DNA of 64,000 nucleotides from Vicugna vicugna (taxonomy: Eukaryota). The notes under the pieces were generated by a model. It made no database searches, was not told where the DNA came from, and saw only the letters and a list, made by a program, of their open reading frames with translations. Made by a program: the position numbers and the translations under genes. The stretch lies in contig MU057711.1 of the NCBI GenBank assembly GCA_013265495.1, positions 1-64,000 of the forward strand, given 5' to 3'. Numbering within the stretch: the first letter of the stretch is position 1; every line of letters begins with the position of its first letter. Below, one piece after another: positions 52,715 through 64,000 of the stretch.

Positions 52715-52960
52715 TAATTAAAATAACAGTAGGCACTACATAGAATCTTATACTGTGCCAAGCAGTGTTGCAAGTCCTTTGCATATGTTAACTCATTTCA
52801 TTCTCACAATAACCTCACGACGTAGGTACTATTATTATTCTCATTAACAGGTATTAAAACTGAGAAAGGTTACTTGCCATGATCAAACAAATAATAAACT
52901 GTAGAGCTAGAATCTGAATCTAGGCTCCACAGTGCAAGCTTTTCACTACTCAATTATACT
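52715..52960 (-). mobile_element. MIR SINE
   Basis: tatgttaactcatttcattctcacaataacctc..gtaggtactattattattctcatt matches the antisense MIR core. Confidence 0.82.
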
Positions 52961-53029
52961 GCTTCTTTGAATGGGTTAAATTCTATCATTAGAAGACAAA
53001 GACTTATATATTCAGTTTTTTAAAATTTC

Positions 53030-53985
53030 CATCATGTAGCCCTTTCTTAACTTAAGGTTTTAGAGGTCCACCTATGCTGCTGACTACACTTCTTTAGTAA
53101 TTTATTATTATTTTTTATCGATAAGAATTGTTAAATTGTATAAATATACCATCACTTGTTTATCTATTTTCTTGTTATGGACATCTGATTTGTTTCCAAT
53201 TTATAAGCCTTTTTGTGAATTTTTCATTTCTCTTGCATAAATACCTAGGAATGAAATTGCTGGATCACAGGAAAGGTACATGTTTAACTTCATGAGAAAC
53301 TGACAGAATTTTCCAAAATGATTATGCAATTTTACATTTCTGTCAAAAAATGTATGAGGGTTCCAGCTGTTCTACATCCTTACCAACATTTGGTGTTATT
53401 TGCTTTTTTAATTGCAACCATTTTAGTGCACATGAATAAGAGTATCAAAATGGCTTTAACTGCATTTCCTTAATTACCACTGATGCTGAACATCTTTTCA
53501 TATTTTTGTATAACTTTTTCACTGAATTGCCTTGGCACCTATGTAAACAAATCAGTTGGTCATAATATGTATAGCTCTATTTCTGGACTCACTGTTCTGT
53601 TCCACTGATCTCTATATGTATTTCTTACGCAAATATCACAATGCCTTGATTACTGCAACTTCACAGAAAGTCTAAAGTCAGGTAGAAGGAGTCTTCTTTT
53701 TTTGTTGTTTTCTTTAAGATAACTTTGACTAATTCAGGTTTTAATTTAAATATTTTAACCAGCTAATCAAGTTTTTTCATATAAATATTAGAATCAGCAT
53801 ATCAATTTCTACAGAAGCTTGTTGGGATTTTGATTAGAATTGTGTTCAATCTATAGACCAAGTTGGAGAGAACCAACTTTCTCAGATGGAGAGAATATTG
53901 AGTATTCTGACGTGTGAATACGGTATCTTTCTCCATTTTTTGGGTCTTCTTTAATTACTCTCAGGAGTGTTTTGGGGTTCAAGAA
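53030..53985 (-). mobile_element. Old L1 ORF2/3' fragment
   Basis: aaatacctaggaatgaaattgctggatca; ccttgattactgcaacttc; gttgggattttgattagaattg. Confidence 0.8.
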
Positions 53986-54434
53986 CAGGTACAAACAACT
54001 TAGGCTGACAGAAATAAAAACACTGAGAACTTATGAGGCTAGGGATTAACTAGAAGGGAAGTATGAGAAAGTTTTCTGGAGTGATGGAAATGTTTTATAT
54101 CTTGATTGGAGTACTGGTTACATAGGTATAAACATTATCAAAACTCATCAAATTCTACATGTAAAATCTTTGCATTTCATTGAATGCAAATTTTTCCTTA
54201 ATAACATGCCACAGAAAAGTTGAAAATAAAGGAACAGAAATATGTCTGATAAATGCTAAGAAAAAGAAATAGCATAGAAATCATAATACTACAAAAAAGA
54301 GAATTCAAAGCATAAAGCATTAAGTGCATAAAAAGGGATTTCATGATTAACAAAAGAAGTGAGAGGACAAAACCTTATGCACTCAAGGTTGCAAACATAT
54401 AAATTAAAAGTTGATAGAGAAGCTGACAATTGGG

Positions 54435-54523
54435 TATTGATTGATTTACACAGAGGTACTGGGGATTGAAACAAGGACCTTGTGCCTGCTAGACATGCAC
54501 TCTACCACTGGGATATACCCTCC
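54435..54523 (-). mobile_element. Vic-1-type SINE (antisense on the + strand)
   Basis: gaggtactggggattgaaacaaggaccttgtgcctgctagacatgcactctaccactgggatataccctcc is the reverse complement of the SINE head. Confidence 0.85.
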
Positions 54524-57500
54524 TTCTTCAGGAACTATTTATTCTTAAAAACACTTACTAGAAATTAAGAAAATGGAAAATTCTATTAGCTATGTATTCA
54601 ATGAAATAAACTAAAACAAACAAACAAAAATAGCAAAAATGTAAGGGATTATAGAAACAGAAATAGATAAAATATTATGGAAATCAATTTTATCATTGAA
54701 AATAAGAGTAATTTTTCAAACAACTATAATAACAACACAGACATGAATGAAATAATAAAATGGATCAGCCTTAATCGAATCTGATGAATAAATAAAGAAG
54801 ACAAATAACATTAGAAACATGAAGGGGTTATACCTATGGATTGAAAGGAAATGCAAAAATTATAAAAGAATGCAATGCTATGCTAATAAATTGTGCAGGA
54901 GTAATTATTAATAGACTGATTAAAGTGATTGCTGATAGAGTAAATAATATTTAACATACATCTTTTTGAATTAACAAAGCCTGTCAGTGTCTTTAACTTA
55001 CTGTCTCATAATCTTTTTTTCATAAGTAGTAGATTTTAAAATTTTAGTATAGGGTGAAGAACTTTAATATGGGACTCATTAGGGCAGAAGAATAGGCAAC
55101 CTTATTGTAGAGAAAATATGATCTTTATAAATACTAACTACTGAAGCTGAAGTTGGTTTGTGAGAAAAGGTCAGTCAATATATCAGTATGAGTTCTTCCA
55201 TGATATGACAATATGAGTTCTTCAATTCTGAGTTATCATCCAGGATAAGATTTGAAACACACTTTGTCATTTTTTTATTCTGCCATACCATACTGGGCAA
55301 TTTAGTATTCTCCCCCATTTGAAGTACCAAAAAAAGCTACTGAATAAGACAGTAAGTCAGAAATAGTGTAAAAATGAAAGTAAATTTAAGCCTGTAAAGA
55401 TACCCTATATGGTAAAAACTTAATTAAAAAAAACACATATTGAATATTTCTGGAGGTTTTATAATAATTTGCTTAAGAGGAAGTAATAACTTTATTAAAT
55501 CAAGCAGTGATGTGAATATGATTCTTGAACTCAGTAGCTTTGTTAATTTTGAAAAACAAACATTTTATAAAAAATTTGCTCTACTCCTACATATAATTCA
55601 ATAAAATGCCCTAAGCAAAAATAGTAAGATATTCTTCAGTCTTCAATAAGTTGTGAATGCAGATAACTTCCTTACACAGAGTTACTATTATTCATTAACT
55701 AGAGGTTAGTTAATGATTTAGGTGATAAGACTTAGTGATGTAGGTTGTAATGTCAGAAGTAGGTTATCCTCTCAAGCAGTATTTGAACAGATGAAAATTA
55801 TGTAAAAAAGCCAACCGAGATTTCTTTTGCATGCTACCACTAAGCATTCCTAGGCAGAGTTGGCATGGAATGTTTTCTTCTTTAATTGTAAATTAGGAAG
55901 ACTTTTATATTTTCACATCCATGGAAAAGGTGGTGATTAACTTCATTTTAAAAAGATTATGGCGAACCATTTGAAATATAAGATATAAAATCAGTAAGAG
56001 ATCTGATGTAATTTAAAATGATGATGAGATCCTTTGAATATATTTCATAACAAATATGAAAAACAACACTGGCTACAAGTACAAGTAGATAAAGGCATCT
56101 GTACTATCAATCTCCTTGCCTATGAAAGCAGAACATCTGGAACATAAAATAACCTTTTCTTGGTGACTCAGGGTATCAATGCGAAGCTAAATTATTTTAT
56201 AAAGCTGAGAGTGAAGATAAAAATGCAGATTATTCTGAACAGGTGGTTAGCTAATACCTACAGAAGTCTCCAGCAATTCTTTTTTGACAAAATGCAAGAT
56301 CCCAATTTGCTTCTGGTCATTTTCCAACCTTTCATAATGGTAGCTTGAAAGTGTACCATCAACACATCTAAATTATGTCACTGCTTTCCAAATGACAAGA
56401 GACCACATGACTGCACGTAATCAATCTCTTTTGACAGTAAGCAGTTTTGGTGAGGAACTGCTGTTATGAAATATATAGACAGTTGTTTATTTTTTCCTCT
56501 TCAGGACTCAGAAAATTATGAATTTTATTTATTTGTTACTAGCTTGCTCCTTCTTTCTCTTGTTAGTGACTTTTACTATGTGCCCAAATCATCACTTCCG
56601 ACTTTTGCTAAAAATGTGTTATTTTTGGTTATCTACTACTACCTCCTTCTAAATTTTTTTCTTACAAGGAAAGAAGAAGACTCGGATTCTGTGAACTTAA
56701 GAGTCCTGACTGCAACTGTGTGACCCTGCACAAGTTGCCTGGCTTATCTGAGACCATTTCTATATTTACAAAGTAAAGATAACACCCTTTAAAAAATTAC
56801 TGTGAAGTAATGAAGATCACTTAACAAACTAAAGCTATTTTCTTCTTGGCGTTAACTGACAAGGAATACATTGCATTTGGCCATTTATTGATTTACTTGC
56901 CATTTAACAGATTTGTGGTGTTCTCATGGCTGAAACTCAGAATCTCCTTTGCTGCTAAAACCTCTTGTTTAAAAAAAATTTTCTTTTTCCAGTACTTTTA
57001 GATTTGTATTTCCCATAAATACCTTCTGGAAGTTGAGGTTTCGTTATACAGTTTCATCCACTGACTTGCAATTTATTAATAACAATAAAACTTTTCTTAA
57101 ATATATTAACATTCTGATTAAGTAATATGGAATAGGAAACAAAGACTAAAAATCACTCTCTTATATCTTCAGTTAAATGCTTAAAATAAGGAATAAATAT
57201 GCACTGTACATGCTTCACAAAATGAATCCTTGACACAACTTCTAAAGTATCAATGTTAAACAAGTATATATGTAGTTTTAGCAAATTACCATCTATGTTA
57301 TCCTTGAATTTTAAAAAAAGATTCAATATGGTTTAGAATATTAATTTAAATTTGGTTTATAAAATTTTCCTACAGAAACCTAATAGTTGCTTTAAATTGA
57401 AATTAAGATTTAATTTTATCTATGACATTATGTTTCTAGGGGAGTTTTTAGGGGAATGTTCCTTCTAATATGAGCAAAAAATAAAATTTCCAGTATACCA

Positions 57501-60073
57501 AATATTGGGCAAAAATAAATTTAAACTTTTCATTTTCGTGTACTAGTTTTTCTAACAACTCTGGCTAATCAAAAGATAATAGGGATTGGAAATCCCTAAG
57601 GATAAGAGTTTAATTACATAAACAGTACATAAATTTTTTTATTATAATTTATCTTTTAGTTCCATTTAAAAAGGTTATTCAATTCCATACTAAAGGGTTA
57701 GGGCATAAAAAAATCTTTTCAGTTACTTTATACATGGAATTTAAAAAATTCTAAAAACAGAATTACTGTTAGCTTAAGAGCACATTATTGGAACAATGTC
57801 ATTTTAAGTTTGCCTTTTTTCCTTCGAAGAAATGAAAATTCAGACAATTAAGACAATATGATTACACACAGAAGATGACAGTAAACAGGGCAACTGAGAG
57901 GCAGTGGGACAGCCAAGAAGAAAAAACCATGGTTTTCAGTCAGTGGTAGCACAGATTTAAAATGACTGAACTCGGACCATGTTCTTTTGTTCAGAGTCAC
58001 TCACTGCCTCTATATAATATCATTAATAGAGATTTTTCTTCATGCAACATGATTTTAAAGGTTAACTTTCGGCAAATTGGGCCTTTCGTGTAAAATAAAA
58101 AACAAACAGAAACCCAAACAGCAACTGTCTTCTGAAAACAAACAAAAACCGAAACAAGTTAACAAGCCATGATTTCAGAACTTCTTTTCATGAAGTACAT
58201 ATTGTGGATTTTATTCTCATCTGCACAGTTAATCTCTACCTGATTTTCAAAACCTGCAGAAAGAATGGAGACAGAATTCTTCAGGTAGCAACCTTTGAAA
58301 TTAGAAGCCATAGCCCTGGGCTACTTCTCAGCAATACAGCAGCCTTGAAATCAGTTAAAAATTATAAAATGCTTTTTCAACAAAAGCGAGTTCAGGAAGG
58401 AAAGGATTATAATGCGCATTATGTCTTTTTTTCCTTCTTCTGTGTTTCAAAGGACGTACTATGCTGAGATCTCCTAGAAGCACAGGCATTTCTCATCTAG
58501 TGATTTAATGAACACTGACGCTGTAATGCACTAAAATCTATCTATCCTTCAATTTTCATCTATCCCAAAGCAACAAAAAAGAAACCCTTGGTTTTAAACA
58601 TTGCTTTTATAAAAAAGTTTCAAGAGCCTGACTATCTTTTACCTTACATTTCCCATAGAGCCATAGTGTTCACTGTTGAATTAGCTGTTGACAGCATCAT
58701 TATTAATGAATGGTAAAGGTAAGCTAAGTATTTTATGGTTGGAGGGAGAAAATGTTGATAAAAAACTTTTATGACAAAAATAGTCTGGATGTTTTTCTAA
58801 GAATATGTAATCACGGACTTAAAGGACTTTAAGATGTAATTTCTTATTCTTTTGAATAAGGTGAATGTTCAAAAGTAAGCAGTTTTTACATTTCTTTGTT
58901 TTTATGTGCCACTATATCTTTAAAAGGAATGAAAACCACATTCAGCTCAGAGGTTTCTTTGGTTACATCAGATCTGCTTCACACACATGGGTTATGAGGG
59001 TATATATGCTGCCTCATGGATCGTGATGCTCATATTCCTGAAAAATTCTGTAAACACAACTCAGAGTGATTGCAATTCATGTGAAGGTCCTCAAGAAAGT
59101 TTAAGTATAGACTCTTCATAATTTTCTATACGTATTTAGAGACACTCACTAATAATGCTTGGTTCTCTAAAAATCACATTTCTGGACATTATTTGATGTT
59201 CAAATCAACAAAAGTCTGGGTTTTTTCCAGGGAAGCTGTATTGCATCATGAGGTTGGTAGTAAATGTTGAGCTGAGTCATTACTAATTCCAGAGTCAACA
59301 AATGAATTAACGCTCAGAAGAAAAATTATGGGTAGACATGATGCAGGAGGCAAGAAAGAAAAGGGCCAAGAAATATAATAAACTATAATATGAAGAACAT
59401 AAGGCATTAAAATTTAGGAAGAGGCATATTTATGAAATCTGACAAAATTCAGGCTAATTGTGAATTATATATATTGGTTTAGCTTATGGCACTCTACTTA
59501 AGAAAAAAAAGCAGTTGTAGCATTCAAAATCATTGATAATGCAATGAATATACTCAAAAATTTTATATTTACAAATAATATCAGTAGCCATGTCTGAATT
59601 CTCAACACCACTACAAAACAAGAAACAGTAAGGCAACACTGAAATAATAAAGTCAGCATGTGCTAAGTGTCTTGCTAATTGCTTCGTTTATTTTTATCTC
59701 ATTTAATCTTCATTATAACTCCATGACAGAGGTATAATTATTACTCTCATTTTACAGATGAGGAGTCTTCAGACTCATCGTGGTCTTCAGACTCAAAATG
59801 TAGCTGTTCATTTGCTTATAAAATTTTTGACCTTCCACAGATCAAGTTTTGTTAAATCAAAAACAAGACTTTTACCGTTCTGGAGAACCAAAAAGGAACA
59901 GGTATTCTAAGCAGTTGGAAGAAATTCAGGGACCATGTGAAAAACAGGAACTGAGCTCACTGTGTTTCTTAAATTATTTAAGGAATTGTACCATCTTGAG
60001 GTGCTATTCAGCTAACAAAGTGTCACAGTGAAGATATTTTATGCATATTTCTCATATGACTTAATTTCCATAC

Positions 60074-60246
60074 CTTCCAGATGTATTCTTCAGTATGGCA
60101 AGAGCATCTGGATAGCCATCCATGTTGTAGTCTCCAATACGAAGGGTAATTGGAATTGGTATTTCAGTTGGCCGTTGTTCATGTACAAATGGCACAAAGC
60201 CCCAGAGTGTGCCCTTATTGCTGAAATCCTGTAGGACAGGAACCCA
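60074..60246 (-). CDS. ITFG1: ITFG1 internal coding exon, 173 bp: WVPVLQDFSNKGTLWGFVPFVHEQRPTEIPIPITLRIGDYNMDGYPDALAILKNTSG(S)
   Basis: ctcttaatccgtag|TGGGTT...TCTGGAAG|gtatgg. Phase 0 to 2, open and in frame with both neighbours. Contains the FG-GAP motif GDYNMDGYPD. Confidence 0.97.
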
Positions 60247-62488
60247 CTACGGATTAAGAGAAAAAAGATTAGATTTCATAGTTATTTTAGAAAAGAAATC
60301 CACCATTTGCAAAACAAATGACTCATGAAAAGTTCTCAAAAGCATGACTTAAGTTCTTATCTCTACAAAATGGTAGGGAATTATAATTTACTTTGATAAA
60401 TAGGTAACTAACATTCTGGAATAAATAGTCTCCTTTAAAATTCATCACTAGTCATCTTTCCTTGAACTGGCACATAGAGACTTAAAAGGTTTTCACAGAA
60501 TCAATAGAATCTTAGAACAGAATTGATGTTGATAATCATACAAGTGAACTGTCCATTTTAAAATCTGTGCTTATTGGAAATTTAACTTCAAATGAGTAAT
60601 TTTAAAAATTAGAGCAAACTGTAATATCACTTAATACTAATGTCATTTTAGGAGGACCAGCTTAGGAAGGAAAATCAGAACATGACAGACTCTCCCTTGT
60701 TCTCCTGCTTTGCCTCTTATGATGACTTTAGCCATGATTCTCAGAGCCAAGCAGCTCTGAGGCTTTCCAAATAATACTAGCCCTGACAAGCTCTGCCTGC
60801 CTAGGAGAAAAAGCTTTGTCACCCAAACAGCTAGGAAGCTATACTTTAAGTAAGTTCTTTATTTCTATATTTATTATAATGAAGAGAACAGAGAAAATAG
60901 GTTGATTTCAAAATGAGCTTTTGGAAATCCTTTTCTCTTCTGAATGCTCAAATCTTTACTTTTAACACCCTAATGCAAACTAAAAATCTGAAGAGTGGAA
61001 ATCATCACATTAAAATTATAGATGTGCCCATAATTAGCTAAGACTATGGATTCTGGCACATAACCTGGAGATGTCCAAACAGAAGCAGGTGCAGCTGGCT
61101 TGAAACGGCAGGAGGCCAAACATGCCTACAGATGTTTTTTTTCAAATAAGCAGGTGACTCACTTATATGGCTCCAAGTCAAACTATATAAAAAAAAGATG
61201 GCTTCTTGAAAAGGGTTTTTAGTACACAGCGTATTCCAAATATTTTCTATGTTATCCATAGAAAGCATAATTTACCAAGGAAAAAGAAAAAAAATAGCTT
61301 AACCATAAAGACAAATTTACAGAAAATGAGCTGTTTTGAAAAACTGATCTGCATCTTCAATTTGTCAGTATTTCTTAAAATAAAAAGTATTGTATATTAT
61401 CAAAATGTTTTGATGTTTCATGTGACTGAAAAAAGCTGTTTTGGTTTGAAGAGGATGGGAAATTTCAAAAAAATGCTAGGTTTCTGAAGAGACTGACAGT
61501 TTATTAATGAGTATAAAGTATTTCTGTTAAGGTAAATGTATTAAGGTCTAAGCAGTAAAAAGATTTTTCATTAATATGACATCCTTAACAGTCAAAAAAG
61601 AACTGTGACATTTATCTTCCCAGAGAGAAATGATTGTATAATTTAAAAATATTCTTATAGCAGTCTGTCACTTGAAGACAGGCTATAATTACTAGGTTTA
61701 CTTTATAGCTGTGAACCAATAATGAGGTGTTACTTGACCTAATGTTTTCAGTGATTCAAAACTTAGAAAAAAAAATCCAAGATAATAAACCTTATGGGTG
61801 TATGAGTTAAATGCTTTTAGAATGCTGACTGTATGAATATTTGTTTTCTTTATTATTTTAGTATAAAAGGTGGTATTTTTTAACCATAAGAGCTATAAAA
61901 ATCAAAAGGTTATGCCATCATTTATTACCCTCAAACAGAAAATAAAACTGCTTAATTCTACTACTGTATTACTAGTTTTCTTTCAGGTGCTATCAATATG
62001 GAAAAAGTCTCAATGTCATAACCTATCATTTCCATATTAATCTTCTGCTGTGACAATCAGATTCTAAACTGTTTAACTATAAGCTACAGAGAAAAAGTCA
62101 GCATGAGAGAATGAAGCAGATCTAGATATCACAAATTAAAACAGATTTTATTAAAGACTAGCCTTGAAGACAGATACAATGTTCTTCTACATAATCCTTT
62201 ATTATAGTTACAGTGTGTTTTCCCATATTCCCAGCATGTAAATGGCTAACACATCACTTAACTACAAGATCAAGAATGGGTCTTTTTTACCAGAAGTGAT
62301 TACAATAGTACTTTCCTCCCAGTAAACCCATAAAAACAATTTAAATACATTTCAGTAAGTTAAAATTGAGGAAGTCAATTTATTTGGGGGTTTTTTCTGT
62401 TCTGATGCCTCAGATACTTTTTCTAATCTTGGAAGATTTTTTTTTCAGAAACATAAATCTAATTACATTAAAAAACAAGTAGATATAC

Positions 62489-62583
62489 CTGCTTTGTTCT
62501 GGATCTTGATAAGTAAATGGTACTCTTCTGGCAGTTTTTATCTTCACAGCCTGGCAGTAAGTGATCCATGTGTCCGTCTCCAT
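62489..62583 (-). CDS. ITFG1: ITFG1 internal coding exon, 95 bp (probably exon 9): (D)GDGHMDHLLPGCEDKNCQKSTIYLSRSRTKQ
   Basis: Minus strand reads ttttggcag|ATGGAGAC...AAGCAG|gtatat. Phase 1 to 0. The peptide matches the recalled mammalian ITFG1 sequence, including an FG-GAP-type DxDGDG motif. Exon number is from memory. Confidence 0.96.
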
Positions 62584-63454
62584 CTGCCAAAAGAAACTTC
62601 AAGAGTTCATCAACTGCCACAGAGTAATGTTCTTGCATGGGAGTTAAGTTTCCTATTTGTTCAAAGTCTGCATCAATCTAGCTAAACTGAAGAATATGAT
62701 TAATGGCTTTGTAGTGAATGTAATTCAATTAAAAAAGTACTCTGGCCTTTGCTATCCTGTTAACCAGACTGCGTCTTGTTTTAAATTGCTCACTTTTCTG
62801 AGGTTAAATATTTATCCAATGTTGGAAGAAGACCTCATTTCAGGCTTTAATGTTAAAATCATCAATTAAAAAAATGTGACTTTTAACTTATTTACATAAT
62901 TATCACTGCTGCCCCAGGAGAAAAACAAGCATGTCAATAGTAACCCATTATTACATGGCTTATTTTAAATGTCTTTACACATAACTTATCTTTACAAATA
63001 CTTTTAAGTGACAACGAACTTCAACTCAAGAGTTACAAAGCTCTCAGCACCCTAGCTTCTAAAATGCACAATACATTTTTAACAATAAAAAGGCAAATGA
63101 AGGGAATATAGATGTAATTTCCAACTGACTGGTTTTTAAACAGCTGCACAATGTTCTGCAAAGACCTCTAAAGATGAGGTTACTGAGGAACTTGGAGTCA
63201 TCTCCTCTAGTGCTCCCTCCTATCTACTGCTCCCTGCCTGATGGAGTTTACAGATTTTGATATCCTTGAGCTAAATCTCTGCAGGGATACAGGGACATTC
63301 ACAATGGAGTGGTCATGTAGCTTATAACTTTGGGCCCTAAATTTGTGTTGCTTTAATCACTAATTTGCTATGGTTTAATTTATCATTTAACGTGTGCCCG
63401 AATGAATACCTTTGCTTGTAAGGATATATAAGGGTTAAGAATAAAAAAACGTCC

Positions 63455-64000
63455 TTCCTTAAGGTTCTCTTACCCTGGGAAGCCCCTTCACCAGTGGGCT
63501 TCACCAGAGATCAGGTGGGATAGAAAGGGAGCTTCAGAAGTTTGGAAGAGAGTGCAGCGACTGGTCTGTGGCAAGCAGAACACGGAGAGACTGGCACAAA
63601 GGATCCATGCCACCCTGCTGCACTCTCCAACCTGAGATGCACAATTGCATCTTGGTTTGGTAAGTCAGGAATTTTACTGTGTGTTGGATTGGTATGTGTG
63701 GGGGTGCTGCATGCTGAAACTTGGGCTTCAGAGAACAGAACTGGGGAGAGGACATGGATTGGCTGCAAGGAGACAGCCTGAAGGGGCTGGAATGTGGTAT
63801 GGGTCGAAACCAGGAGTTTGTGCAAGGGAGGCTGGGTCTGCCATCAAAAGCCCCATTGTTAACAAGTGAAGGGAGGGATGGGACTCAGCCAAAGCAGCCT
63901 CTGAGCATACTCACAGGGGCATGACCCTGCCATAGAAGACCCACTGTTAACATGCACTGTGAAGAGAGGGGCGGCACCCAGCCATAGCAACCTCCTTATC
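63455..64000 (+). mobile_element. L1 5'UTR (cetartiodactyl type) running off the right edge
   Basis: GC-rich tract ggggagaggacatggattggctgcaaggagacagcctgaaggggctgga resembles a recalled L1 5'UTR. It is preceded by an A-rich target. Confidence 0.65.

Overview
Mammalian genomic DNA, very likely a camelid (camel/alpaca), judged from Vic-1-type tRNA-derived SINEs and camelid-type L1 3' ends recognised from memory. The whole window lies inside the minus-strand gene ITFG1 (integrin alpha FG-GAP repeat containing 1; TIP/LINKIN). Five internal coding exons (95, 173, 151, 109 and 44 bp) have canonical AG/GT sites and splice into one open frame. The rest is intron, densely filled with L1, L2, MIR, MaLR/ERVL/ERV1 LTRs, DNA transposon relics and a U6 retrocopy. 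Nearly all listed ORFs are chance ORFs or repeat-derived. I found no convincing new biological system. The most notable structure is a probable ~2.6 kb L1-mediated 3' transduction (49690-52290) bounded by a 19-bp target-site duplication (TSD). Also notable are an L1 with both ends but no ORFs, a twin-primed (5'-inverted) micro-L1 and several nested insertions. Repeat family names come from recalled consensus sequences, not a database search, and repeat boundaries are approximate unless a TSD is given.
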